Positions 1 through 8,895 of a stretch of DNA of 14,423 nucleotides are shown one piece after another. The position numbers and the translations under genes were made by a program. Where the stretch lies: positions 1-14,423 of the forward strand of contig CAZHPN010000157.1 in the NCBI GenBank assembly GCA_964534375.1, written 5' to 3'. The DNA is from an uncultured bacterium (GTDB taxonomy: Bacteria > Lernaellota > Lernaellaia > Lernaellales > Lernaellaceae). Under the pieces are notes generated by a model. It saw nothing but the letters and a program-made list of their open reading frames with translations. It did not search any database and was not told where the DNA came from. How positions within the stretch are numbered: the first letter of the stretch is position 1; every line of letters starts with the position of its first letter.

Positions 1-54
1 CTAAGTATGCGAATTTACAGAATCACGACCCCTGAACTGGCGAAGTTGGGCTAG
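1..54 (+). mobile_element. Probable right end of an insertion sequence (terminal inverted repeat 35-50 followed by CTAG), possibly with the last codons of its transposase
   Basis: AACTGGCGAAGTTGGG (35-50) is the exact reverse complement of 14378-14393. Frame 1 reads LSMRIYRITTPELAKLG* and stops at the TAG just outside the repeat. No transposase core is present in the window. Confidence 0.5.
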
Positions 55-78
55 GCGTCGAAATCGACGCCGGATTTT
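54..78 (+). terminator. Hairpin resembling an intrinsic terminator
   Basis: GGCGTCG-AAAT-CGACGCC (54-71) followed by GGATTTT; the U-tract is short and offset from the stem. Confidence 0.35.
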
Positions 79-106
79 GTGGCGTTCGATCCAGGCTTGC
101 GGTCGC

Positions 107-153
107 TTGACTTACCCAGGCCTGCATTCAATATTCTGGCAATAACTCGGAGG
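107..153 (+). promoter_or_regulatory. Possible sigma70 promoter and RBS for the DUF3857 gene pair
   Basis: TTGACT at 107-112, AT-rich CAATATTCT at 129-137 (imperfect -10), GGAGG at 149-153 before ATG 159. Confidence 0.35.
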
Positions 154-158
154 GCGCA

Positions 159-2243
159 ATGACAAAGCGCTGGCGCATGTGGGGGATATTTTTTGCGGTT
201 CTGTGCCTGGCGGAGCCCGCCGCGGCGGGAACGACGCTGGTTCTACAGAACGGCAAGTCGATCGACGTCGACGGCCAAGTGATCTTCGACGGGCGGGCGT
301 TCACGTTGCCCGGCGGCCAGCGGTTCAACCGCGACGCGGTGACCGAGATCGACGTCGGCGCGCTGCACACGCCCGGCGCGTCGACCTGGTCGTACGATCG
401 GGAACGCTACGAGAAATTGTTCGCCAAAGGCCGGGCCATGGCCGCGCGCCATCCGAATCGCGACGGCGTGATTCTCGAAGACCTGGGCGTGTTTCGCCTC
501 GAAGCCGACGGCAATAACAGCTATCGCTACCGCTTTTCGGGCCTGGTCGTGAAAGACGACGCCAAGCATTGGGGCCAGGTGGAATGGGGCTTCGACACGA
601 CCCGCCAGCGGCTGGAAGGCCCGTACGGCGTCGTCATTCATCCGGACGGCAGTTTCGCGATTGCCGGCGACGCCGATCGCAAGACGATCTCGCCGTATCA
701 CGGGGCGCAATTTTTCGACCGCTACGAGGTGACGACCCTGACGATTCCAGACGTGCGCGTCGGCGACATCGTCGAATATTGGTATACGTCGGAAGAATTC
801 CGGCCGCCCGATCCGGACTTCTTCTTCCCGTCGTACCTGTTTCAAAGCCCCGAACCCGTGCTGCGGTCGCGGATCGAAATCCGGATTCCGCCCGGCAAGC
901 AGCTTTATTACGAAACGAAAAATATGCCGGCGGAGCAGGCGCAGCCGGCGATCCGCCGCGACGCCGACGGCGGCCAGACCTACGTCTGGGAAATGGACGA
1001 CGTGCCGCCGTTCGACGCCGAACGGGCGATGCCGGCGTATCCCGAGGTCGTGGCGTCGATGCGCGCGACCGTGCTGCCCAACTGGAACAAGATCTTCGAC
1101 CGCCTGAGCGAGTTTTACCGCACGCGCATGATCGCGACCGACGCGGTGAAGGCCGCGACGGCGGCGGCAATCGGCGACGCGACGCCGGTCGAAGACAAAA
1201 TCGCGCGCATCTACCAATACGTGCAGCGCAAGATTCGTTACATCTCGATCAAGACCGACGTCGCCACCGATTTCACCGGACACCCGGCCGAGGTGACGTT
1301 GGCCAACGGCTACGGCGACTGCACGGACAAGGCGATTCTGCTGGCGACCATGCTCGGGGTCGTCGGCGTCGAGGCGCATCCGATCATCTTGCAGACCTTC
1401 GGCGGCCGGCGCGACCAGTATGCGATTCCCAACGTCGGCGGCGACCACGCCATCGACGCCGTGTTTCTCAACGGCCGGCGGTTCTTCCTCGACGGCACGG
1501 CCGAGACCTACAAGTATCCCGCCTTTCGCTTCGACGACTACGGCCGGCCGTATGTCGACGCGCTAGGCCGCACGGTCGGCTTCATCGACCGGCCGCCGCC
1601 GGGCGCCGATTCGGTCCGGCAGGAGTTCTCGTTGACGTTCGACGACCGTGGCGCAATCCGCGGCGCGCGAGTCAGCGAGGTGACCGGCGGCCTCGAGGCG
1701 ATGACCCGGCAGGAATTGGAAGGCGTCGACCCCAAAGAGCGAAAGACTTCGCTGCAGCAGCAGCTTCTCGGCTACGGCGCCAACGCCCGGCTCGTGGATT
1801 ACAAAGACGAGAACGTGAACGAGATGAGCAAGCCGCTGCACATGACCGTGGCTTTCACCGCGGACCGCGTCGCGAAGCCGGTCGGCGATCTGTGGTTGAT
1901 CGACCTGCCGGGGTTGCCCAGCCGCAACAACGCCATCGACCTCGACGCGCGCAAGACCGATATGTTGTCGCCGCTGAACATCGGCGCGCACGCCGTTTAT
2001 CGGGTGACGTTGCCGGCTGGCTGGCGGATCGCCGACCTGCCGGCGCCGCTGAAGATCGACAACCGGTGGATGTACTTCGACGGCCGTTACGAAAAAACGG
2101 CGGACGGCTTCGTGCTCCGCTACGACATCGTCGATCGGGCCGCCGAAGTAATGCCGGCCGATTACCCGGCCGTGCGCGCCAATGTGATCGAGGTGGAGAC
2201 CTTCTTCGGCCGCCGGGCCTTTGCGCGGGAGGCGACGCGATGA
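159..2243 (+). CDS. Secreted DUF3857 + transglutaminase-like domain protein (694 aa), catalytic triad apparently intact
   Basis: N-terminal signal peptide. DUF3857-type 'IPDVRVGDIVEY' and 'FQSPEPV'. Transglutaminase-like core 'IYQYVQRKIRY...TLANGYGDCTDKAILL' (C388), 'DHAI' (H430), 'FLDGT' (D445). C-terminal 'LPAGW' beta domain. RBS GGAGG. Confidence 0.88.
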   Translation: MTKRWRMWGIFFAVLCLAEPAAAGTTLVLQNGKSIDVDGQVIFDGRAFTLPGGQRFNRDAVTEIDVGALHTPGASTWSYDRERYEKLFAKGRAMAARHPNRDGVILEDLGVFRLEADGNNSYRYRFSGLVVKDDAKHWGQVEWGFDTTRQRLEGPYGVVIHPDGSFAIAGDADRKTISPYHGAQFFDRYEVTTLTIPDVRVGDIVEYWYTSEEFRPPDPDFFFPSYLFQSPEPVLRSRIEIRIPPGKQLYYETKNMPAEQAQPAIRRDADGGQTYVWEMDDVPPFDAERAMPAYPEVVASMRATVLPNWNKIFDRLSEFYRTRMIATDAVKAATAAAIGDATPVEDKIARIYQYVQRKIRYISIKTDVATDFTGHPAEVTLANGYGDCTDKAILLATMLGVVGVEAHPIILQTFGGRRDQYAIPNVGGDHAIDAVFLNGRRFFLDGTAETYKYPAFRFDDYGRPYVDALGRTVGFIDRPPPGADSVRQEFSLTFDDRGAIRGARVSEVTGGLEAMTRQELEGVDPKERKTSLQQQLLGYGANARLVDYKDENVNEMSKPLHMTVAFTADRVAKPVGDLWLIDLPGLPSRNNAIDLDARKTDMLSPLNIGAHAVYRVTLPAGWRIADLPAPLKIDNRWMYFDGRYEKTADGFVLRYDIVDRAAEVMPADYPAVRANVIEVETFFGRRAFAREATR

Positions 2244-4339
2244 AACGCGGCATTTTGTTGCTCTTCGTGTTCGCGTTCGTGGCGGCCGGCTGCGCCGCCG
2301 TCAATCTGCGGCCCGACCCGGCCTGCCCCGACAACCTCGTGCTGCAAAACGGCGAGGAACTGCCCGGCCGGCTGGCGGGCATGGAAAATGGCGCGTTCCG
2401 TTACGAATTGCTCAACGGTGAAATGCGCCTATACCCCGCCGCCGACGTGCTGCGCGTCGATCTGGGCCGCCGGGTCGGCGATCCGCACGTCGCCAAATTA
2501 GACGACCTGCGCGACAAGGAAATCGTCGCCGCCGTCCGCGAAGCGCAGAAAAGCCCGCCCGACGCCGACTACCCGACGACGGTTGTGTTCGAAGAGCGCC
2601 GCTCGGAGTTGACCGCCGACCATCAGGTCGTCACCGTCTGGCGCCGGCTGCTGCGCATCAACAAGGAAGCCGGCCTCGGCGCCGCCAACGACTCGTTCAG
2701 CTACAACAGCCTCACTTCCTCCGCCCGCACCGATTTCGGCTACGCCATCGCGCCCGACGGCGCGGTGGCGGTGCTCTCGGCCGGTTCGGTGCGCGACAGC
2801 AGCCTGGGCGACGGCTCGCCGGACGGGAGCCAATCGCGGACCGTGCAGATCGCGGTGCCGGGCGCGCGCCCGGGCGGCTTTGTCTACTATCAATTTTCCA
2901 CTCGGGAAAAGCTCGATGGCTTGCGCCAGTTCGGCCGCGAATACACGGCGGCCTACGTTGCGCCGCTGCAGCATTATCGCGAGATCATCCGCACGCCGCG
3001 GGCGACGCCGTTGCGCGTTTACGAACGCAATTTCGACGCGACCGTGACGAAAACGGACCGCATCGACGGCGGCGATCGCGTCATCGTTTACGAGGTGAAA
3101 AACCCGCCGATTCGCCAGCCCGAGCCGATGATGCCCAGTTGGAACGTGGTCGCGCCCTTCTATGTCGTCACCGCCGCCGACCAGTGGCCGGCGATCGCCG
3201 CGACGTATGAGAAGGCGCTGGCGCCGCGGCTGGCGGCCGACGAGAAGGTCGCGGCCAAGGCGCGCGAACTGACCGCCGGCAAAACCGGCCGCGCCGCGGC
3301 GGAGGCGCTGTACCGCTTCGCGCTGCGCGACGTGCGCGATACGGGCGTCTATATGTGGGACCGCGATCCGCTGCCCAAACCGCCGGCGCAAACGCTCGCC
3401 GAGCAGCGCGGCAACCAGGTCGACCGCACGGCATTGCTGTACGCGATGGCCAAGGCCGTCGGGTTGTCCGCCGATTGGCTGCTGGCCGGCGGCTGGCAGG
3501 CGCATTGGCCTTTCGCCGAGACCCCGCTGTTGCCGCGGCTCAACGCGGTGATTTTGCGCTTTGATTTCGGCGCGGGCCCGGTCTGGTGCGAATTGTCCGG
3601 CGCCGACCAGGTGTTCGGCCAATTGCCCGATTACGCGAGCGGGGCGTTTTTCCTGGACGCGGCGCACGGCGCGACCGGCGTCACGCCGCCGCAAGGGCCG
3701 CAAATCAACCACGCGCTGAATCGCTACGACGTGCAGTTGGCGGCGGACGGCGGCGCGCGCATCGTCGAAGAACAGGTGCTCAGCGGCAACAGCGCGCAAT
3801 GGGTGCGCGACATGCGGCGCCTGACCGACAAGCAGTTGCACGACCGCATGGCGAGCGCCGTGCGCAATGTCGCGCCGCGCAACCAGTTGGTCGAGTTTTC
3901 GATCGACGGCATGCAGGACCTGCGCGACCCGGTGACGGTCCGGCTCGTGTCGCAATGCCCGTTGCTAACCATCGCCGGCGGCGGCCGTTATCAGATGCTG
4001 CGCCTGTTCAACGTGCAGGCGGGCGAAATGAATCGCGTGAATCCGCAACGGCAGTATCCGCTCGAGGTGGAAGGCCCGAGTTGGAACCAATTCGAATATC
4101 GCTTCCACTTGCCGCCGGGCATCACCGTGAAGCAACTGCCGCCGCCGCTCGATGCGCCGAGCCCCTGGGGGCGGACGCGCGGCGGGTGGACCCTGCAAGG
4201 CGACCTGCTGACGTTTACGCTCGAAATCGTCGTCGACAAACTGGATATGCCGGCGGCGGATTTCGAAAAGCAGCAGGAATATCTACGTCTGCGGCGTGAA
4301 TTGGTCGACAAGCCCGTGTTGCTTGAGCCCGCCCGGTAG
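2240..4339 (+). CDS. Lipoprotein paralog with DUF3857 + degenerate transglutaminase-like domain (699 aa)
   Basis: The true start is ATG 2240, overlapping the upstream stop (ATGA), not 569. MKRGILLLFVFAFVAAG-C18 is a lipoprotein signal. 'VPGARPGGFVYY', 'TLAEQRGNQVDRTALL' and 'LPPG...LPPPL' align with the first gene. Confidence 0.82.
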   Translation: MKRGILLLFVFAFVAAGCAAVNLRPDPACPDNLVLQNGEELPGRLAGMENGAFRYELLNGEMRLYPAADVLRVDLGRRVGDPHVAKLDDLRDKEIVAAVREAQKSPPDADYPTTVVFEERRSELTADHQVVTVWRRLLRINKEAGLGAANDSFSYNSLTSSARTDFGYAIAPDGAVAVLSAGSVRDSSLGDGSPDGSQSRTVQIAVPGARPGGFVYYQFSTREKLDGLRQFGREYTAAYVAPLQHYREIIRTPRATPLRVYERNFDATVTKTDRIDGGDRVIVYEVKNPPIRQPEPMMPSWNVVAPFYVVTAADQWPAIAATYEKALAPRLAADEKVAAKARELTAGKTGRAAAEALYRFALRDVRDTGVYMWDRDPLPKPPAQTLAEQRGNQVDRTALLYAMAKAVGLSADWLLAGGWQAHWPFAETPLLPRLNAVILRFDFGAGPVWCELSGADQVFGQLPDYASGAFFLDAAHGATGVTPPQGPQINHALNRYDVQLAADGGARIVEEQVLSGNSAQWVRDMRRLTDKQLHDRMASAVRNVAPRNQLVEFSIDGMQDLRDPVTVRLVSQCPLLTIAGGGRYQMLRLFNVQAGEMNRVNPQRQYPLEVEGPSWNQFEYRFHLPPGITVKQLPPPLDAPSPWGRTRGGWTLQGDLLTFTLEIVVDKLDMPAADFEKQQEYLRLRRELVDKPVLLEPAR

Positions 4340-4506
4340 GAGAAACCGCGCCCGGCAAGCCCCGGCGGGGCCCCCAACAAAACCCACCGCCTTTTCCCAC
4401 CGATTCATCGCGGCGCTATTCACCTACGCCCGTTCCGCGGGCTTCTCATCGCAGCCGGATCGCACCCCCGGCTCGATAACGATCCAATTTCGGGAAGACA
4501 AAGTTC

Positions 4507-5865
4507 TTATTTGCCGATGCAAAACCGCGAAAACACCGCGTCCAAAACCTGCTCGGCGGTGGTCTCGCCGATGATTTCGCCGAGGGCATCGGCGGCCTCG
4601 CGCAATTCGACGGCGGCGAGTTCCGCGCCCGCGCCGGCGAGCGCGAGACGGCGGGCCTCGGTCAGGCAGGCCTGCGCGGTTTGCACAAGCTGCCGATGTC
4701 GCACGGCGGCCAGCAACGCCTCGCCGGCCGCGGCGTCAAGGCCGAGCGCGGCGCTGAGGCGCCCGCGGAGTTCGTCTACGCCGGTTCCGTCTTTGGCGCT
4801 GACGGCGACGCCGCGCCACTCCGCGAAAGCGGCGTCGGGCGGGCGCAGGTCGGCTTTGTTCCAGACGGGGATGACGCGGGCGGCGTCGAATTCGCCGACG
4901 GTCTGGCGATCCGCGGGCGTCACGCCGACGGCGCCGTCGATCACGTAGAGGATCCAATCCGCGCCGGCGATCGCCTCGCGCGCCAACTCGACGCCCTGCC
5001 GCTCAACCTCGTTTTCCGGCCCGCGCAGACCGGCGGTGTCGATGAGCCGCAGCGGCGCGCCGGCGAGTTCGATTTCGGTTTCGATCGCGTCGCGGGTCGT
5101 GCCCGCGGTTTCGTGGACGATCGCGCGGCGGGCCCCGGCCAGCCGATTGAAGAGGCTCGACTTGCCCGCGTTCGGCCGCCCGGCGATGGCGACCGCCGCG
5201 CCCTGCGCCAGCAGGCGGGCGCGTTGGCCGCCGGCCAGCAGCGCCGCCGCGCCGGCGAGCGCCTGGTCGAGCAACGCGACGGCCGCGCGCCGATCGAGTT
5301 CGCCGAGGTCGTCGTCCGGGAAGTCGATTTCCGCCTCGAAGTGCGCCATCGCCTGCGCGAGCAGTCCGCGCAACGCGCCGACTTTTTCGGAGAGCGCGCC
5401 GGTCAGCCGGCGATACGCGGCGCGCGCCGCGGCGAGGCTTTTCGCCTCGATCAAATCGGCGACGGCCTCGGCCTGGGCCAGATCGAGCCGGCCGGCCAGA
5501 AACGCGCGGCGGGTGAACTCGCCGGGCAGCGCCGGCCGTGCTCCGGTTTCCGCGAGGGCGGTCAACAGCGCCTCGACGACCGCCGGACTGCCGTGCACGT
5601 GAAATTCCACCGTCGGCTCGCCCGCGTAGCCGGCGGGAAAGTAGACGAGCAGCGCGTCATCAAGGGGCTGGCCGGCGGCGTCGAGCGCGGCGCCGAGCAG
5701 CATCTGCCGCGGGGGCGGCGCGGCGAGCGGCCGGCGCGGGGAAAACCGTCGCCAGCCGATCGCGAGCGCGTCGGGCCCGGAAAGGCGCACGATCGCCACG
5801 CCGGCCCGCCCGCGGGCGGAGGCCAGGGCGCAAATCGTGTCGCGATTGCTGGGCAGGGGCGGCAT
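4507..5865 (-). CDS. mnmE: tRNA U34 modification GTPase MnmE (TrmE)
   Basis: DTICALAS...GVAIVRLSGP, PGEFTRRAFLAGRLDLAQAEAV, G1 GRPNAGKSS, GTTRD, DTAG, NKAD, C-terminal FCIGK. Start placed at ATG 5865 rather than TTG 5913. Confidence 0.97.
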   Translation of the reverse strand: MPPLPSNRDTICALASARGRAGVAIVRLSGPDALAIGWRRFSPRRPLAAPPPRQMLLGAALDAAGQPLDDALLVYFPAGYAGEPTVEFHVHGSPAVVEALLTALAETGARPALPGEFTRRAFLAGRLDLAQAEAVADLIEAKSLAAARAAYRRLTGALSEKVGALRGLLAQAMAHFEAEIDFPDDDLGELDRRAAVALLDQALAGAAALLAGGQRARLLAQGAAVAIAGRPNAGKSSLFNRLAGARRAIVHETAGTTRDAIETEIELAGAPLRLIDTAGLRGPENEVERQGVELAREAIAGADWILYVIDGAVGVTPADRQTVGEFDAARVIPVWNKADLRPPDAAFAEWRGVAVSAKDGTGVDELRGRLSAALGLDAAAGEALLAAVRHRQLVQTAQACLTEARRLALAGAGAELAAVELREAADALGEIIGETTAEQVLDAVFSRFCIGK

Positions 5866-5930
5866 GGCCGCGAGTGTGCCGCAAGCCCCGGTCCTTGCCA
5901 AGTCTCGCGGCAACGGCTAAACGAAAGGCC

Positions 5931-6569
5931 ATGAAATACGATGCCGCGCGCGCGTACCGCGAATACGGCGCGCCCAACCATCTGCCGCCCGAGGCCGAGC
6001 CGGCCTTTGTCGCCTGGTACGATCTGCTCGCCGCGTGGAACCGCAAAATGAACCTGACGCGCGTGTCGAAGCCCGCCGCGGCGGTCGCGTTTCATTGGCT
6101 CGACTCGTTGCCGCTGGCGCAGGCCGCGCCGCGCGAGGCGACGCTGCTCGACATCGGTTCCGGCGCCGGCGTGCCGGGCCTCGTCGTCGCCGCGCTACGG
6201 CCGGACTTGCAGGTGACCGTTTCCGAAAGCAGCGGAAAAAAGGCCGGGTTTCTCGTGCAGGCCGCGCATGCGATGAAGCTGGCTAACGTGCGCGTCGAGT
6301 CGACCCGCGCTGAAACGTTGACCGATCGTTTTCACTTCGTCACCGCCCGCGCCGTGGCGGAACCGAAAATCATCATCGAGAAATTCAGCCACTTGCTGCG
6401 CCCGCGCGGCGTAATTGCCTTGTTTCTCGCCGGCGACGTCGCGCCCGAATTGACCGGTGAATTTGTCGTGGAAAAGACGATCGACTATGCGCTGCCGCTG
6501 GATTATGGCAAGCGCCGGTTGGCGCTCGTCGCCCGGGCTGCGGCAATCGCCGCAAGGACGCCGACTTGA
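5931..6569 (+). CDS. rsmG: 16S rRNA m7G527 methyltransferase RsmG (GidB)
   Basis: WNRKMNLT, HWLDSL, LLDIGSGAGVPG, KKAGFL, RAE, VTARAVA motifs. ATG 5931 follows GAAAGG. Confidence 0.95.
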   Translation: MKYDAARAYREYGAPNHLPPEAEPAFVAWYDLLAAWNRKMNLTRVSKPAAAVAFHWLDSLPLAQAAPREATLLDIGSGAGVPGLVVAALRPDLQVTVSESSGKKAGFLVQAAHAMKLANVRVESTRAETLTDRFHFVTARAVAEPKIIIEKFSHLLRPRGVIALFLAGDVAPELTGEFVVEKTIDYALPLDYGKRRLALVARAAAIAARTPT

Positions 6570-8110
6570 CGGCCAAATGCGTTTCCATTCTCGGCACGGG
6601 TTCCGACGTGGGCAAAAGCATCGTCGCCACGGCGCTGTGCCGGATCTTCAGCGATCTCGGCCTGCGCGTGGCGCCGTTCAAGGCTCAGAATATGTCGAAC
6701 AATTCCTTCGTCACCGCGGCGGGCGGCGAGATGGGCCGCGCCCAGGTGGTGCAGGCGCAGGCGGCTCGCATCGCGCCCCATGTGGACATGAACCCCGTGC
6801 TCTTGAAGCCGTCGGCCGACACCGGGGCGCAGGTGGTCGTCCTCGGCCAGGCGATCGGCAATTGCCTGGCGAAGGATTATTTCGCGGACACCCGCGCCCT
6901 CGCGCGGACCGCGCGCCAAAGCCTGAAACGACTGTGCGCCGGCAACGACCTCGTCGTCATGGAAGGCGCCGGCTCGTGCGCCGAAGTGAATCTGCGGCCG
7001 CGCGACTTCGTCAATTTTCGCCTGGCCCACGAGGTCGACGCCCCGGTCCTTTTGGTGGCCGACATCGATCGCGGCGGCGTCTTCGGCCAGATCGTCGGCA
7101 CCCTCGCCGTGCTGCCGCCAAAAGACCGGCGGCGCATCCGCGGCCTGATCGTCAACCGGTTTCGCGGCGACGCCGACCTCTTTCGCGACGGCATCGCCTA
7201 CCTCGAAAAACAAACGCGGCTGCCGGTGCTCGGCTTGATTCCCTATTTTTATCACATTGACATCGACTCCGAAGACGGCGTGCCGCTGGATATCCTGCTC
7301 GACCCGCCCGGCGGGCCGCAGCGGGACCAAATCAACGTCGCGGTGCTGCGGCTGCCCCATATCTCGAATTTCACCGATTTTCAGCCGTTTCAACGCGAGC
7401 CGGGCGTCTGCTTGCACTATCTGGCCAAACGCCGGCCGCTGGCCGGATATGACATTGTGTTTCTCCCGGGTTCGAAAAATGTGCGCTCCGATCTGCGATG
7501 GCTCCGCCAGGTCGGCTGGGAAAGAGAACTGCGCGATTACGCGGCCGCCGGCGGCCGAATCGGCGGGATCTGCGGCGGCTACCAAATGCTTGGCCGCTCC
7601 ATCGACGATCCGCACGGCCTGGAAGGCGACCCCGGCAAGACCGCCGGACTTGGTCTGCTCGCGGCGAACACCACGCTGTACAAGATAAAAACCCTTTCCC
7701 GTTCCACGGGCGTCTGGAAAGCGTTCGGCGAGCCCGTGGAAGGTTACGAAATCCACATGGGCGCCACGCGGCGCGGCCGCGGTCTGGCGCCGGCCATTGT
7801 GGATTGCTCGCGCGACAACCGGTCGGTGCGCGGCGACGACGGCGCGGTTTCGCCGGACGGCAAAATTTGGGGAACATACTACCACGGCCTTTTCGACTCG
7901 TCGGGTTTTTTGGGTAAATTCCTGGCGCAAATAGGTGATAACGCCGCTGGGCGCCAAACGGGCAAGACGGCAAGCGGCAGCGTTTCCACCGCCGATTTCA
8001 GAGAACAGCAATACGATTTGCTGGCGGACCATTTTCGGAAGCATCTGGACCTGGCAAAGGTATTCCAAATTATCGGAATAGACGCTACGAAAAACGGCTG
8101 CGAGAAATGA
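6566..8110 (+). CDS. cobQ: Cobyric acid synthase CobQ/CbiP (514 aa)
   Basis: GTGSDVGKS, APFKAQNMSNNS, MNPVLLKP, EGAGSCAEVNL, DIDRGGVF, ISNFTDF, glutaminase GICGGYQMLG, GYEIHMG, GTYYHGLFD. TTG start overlaps the rsmG stop, with AAGGA at 6554-6558. Confidence 0.96.
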   Translation: MTAKCVSILGTGSDVGKSIVATALCRIFSDLGLRVAPFKAQNMSNNSFVTAAGGEMGRAQVVQAQAARIAPHVDMNPVLLKPSADTGAQVVVLGQAIGNCLAKDYFADTRALARTARQSLKRLCAGNDLVVMEGAGSCAEVNLRPRDFVNFRLAHEVDAPVLLVADIDRGGVFGQIVGTLAVLPPKDRRRIRGLIVNRFRGDADLFRDGIAYLEKQTRLPVLGLIPYFYHIDIDSEDGVPLDILLDPPGGPQRDQINVAVLRLPHISNFTDFQPFQREPGVCLHYLAKRRPLAGYDIVFLPGSKNVRSDLRWLRQVGWERELRDYAAAGGRIGGICGGYQMLGRSIDDPHGLEGDPGKTAGLGLLAANTTLYKIKTLSRSTGVWKAFGEPVEGYEIHMGATRRGRGLAPAIVDCSRDNRSVRGDDGAVSPDGKIWGTYYHGLFDSSGFLGKFLAQIGDNAAGRQTGKTASGSVSTADFREQQYDLLADHFRKHLDLAKVFQIIGIDATKNGCEK

Positions 8111-8157
8111 ATTGCGTCGTCGGAATTCCCGCTCGGAATCTATCCGGCTGCCTGCGC

Positions 8158-8895
8158 CTAACCGGTTTCGTCCGGAATTGCGGATTTCAGATCGCTTTCG
8201 AAACGAGCCGCCTCTGTACAGCGTTCTACGACAACGCCCCACTGGCTCGCAAACACCGGTGCGTATTCCTCATATTTTTTCCGGATTGGCTTTCCGCCGG
8301 AAACCAACCGACGTTTCTTCGGTTCCCCTTGAAGGGTTGCTTTGGGGTCGGCGCGGCATTCGATATCATTCTTTTGTTTGACCACTTTGTTTTCGGGAAA
8401 TAACCCGACCAGCAACCACGTTTCAAGCTCCTTCGACGGCATGCAGAGAACCGTCTTCGGCGGCGTCGATCCTTCGCCCAACCAACGCAAGATCACGGCC
8501 CGCAGGCGATCGGTGGTGGCTGATGGCGGCGGGCACGGTTCTTCGAAAGGCAATGTCGCATCCGGAAACGGGTCTTTGACGCCGGCATCAGCATACTTAG
8601 ACGCCGCGACGTCGGCGTCAACTTGAACAATCAACAATTCGTAATTGTCAAAAAGAGAATTATTGGCGAATGCCCCCGCCGCTTTTCCGGCGTTTTGCCG
8701 GCACCACCGACACACGCCGCCCCAACCGAAACCGGTCTCGGTCGGGACCGGAGTAAATGCCTCGGAAAATTCGGGTTGGAGCGAGTGGGAAACGAAGTCA
8801 CGCCCGTTGAGGATTTTTTTCACAACGGCCTGCAACATGATGTAATCGGTCGTGCCTTCCACCACGAAAGCGATTTGGAGCACTTTAGAAGACAT
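8158..8895 (-). CDS. TOPRIM-like protein (DUF4276/RloB/DUF4435-type motifs), partner of the adjacent ATPase (245 aa)
   Basis: IAFVVEGTTD (E13), LLIVQVDAD (D93/D95 DxD), MPSKELETWLL (ExExW-type motif). Start at ATG 8895 overlaps the ATPase 3' end by 11 nt. Confidence 0.7.
   Translation of the reverse strand: MSSKVLQIAFVVEGTTDYIMLQAVVKKILNGRDFVSHSLQPEFSEAFTPVPTETGFGWGGVCRWCRQNAGKAAGAFANNSLFDNYELLIVQVDADVAASKYADAGVKDPFPDATLPFEEPCPPPSATTDRLRAVILRWLGEGSTPPKTVLCMPSKELETWLLVGLFPENKVVKQKNDIECRADPKATLQGEPKKRRLVSGGKPIRKKYEEYAPVFASQWGVVVERCTEAARFESDLKSAIPDETG

Noticed and set aside
569..2239. N-terminal 557 codons of the 1256-aa ORF 569..4339
   Set aside because: Arg/Gly/Pro-rich off-frame read-through overlapping the real 159..2243 gene. 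The lipoprotein signal at ATG 2240 marks the true start.
4340..4506. Bidirectional terminator between the lipoprotein gene and mnmE
   Set aside because: Only short imperfect GC stems without an adjacent U-tract, which is unremarkable at this GC content.
5591..5606. parS-like CCGTGCACGTGAAATT in mnmE (also the half-site CGTGAAACA near 9238)
   Set aside because: Only about 10/16 matches to TGTTTCACGTGAAACA and not palindromic. No convincing parS was seen.
2498..8242. Long antisense or alternate-frame ORFs (2498..3955 -, 4681..5934 +, 6503..8242 -, and similarly 243..1448 -, 10230..11207 +, 12529..13329 -)
   Set aside because: Shadow ORFs expected in high-GC coding DNA. They have no motifs and overlap well-supported genes.
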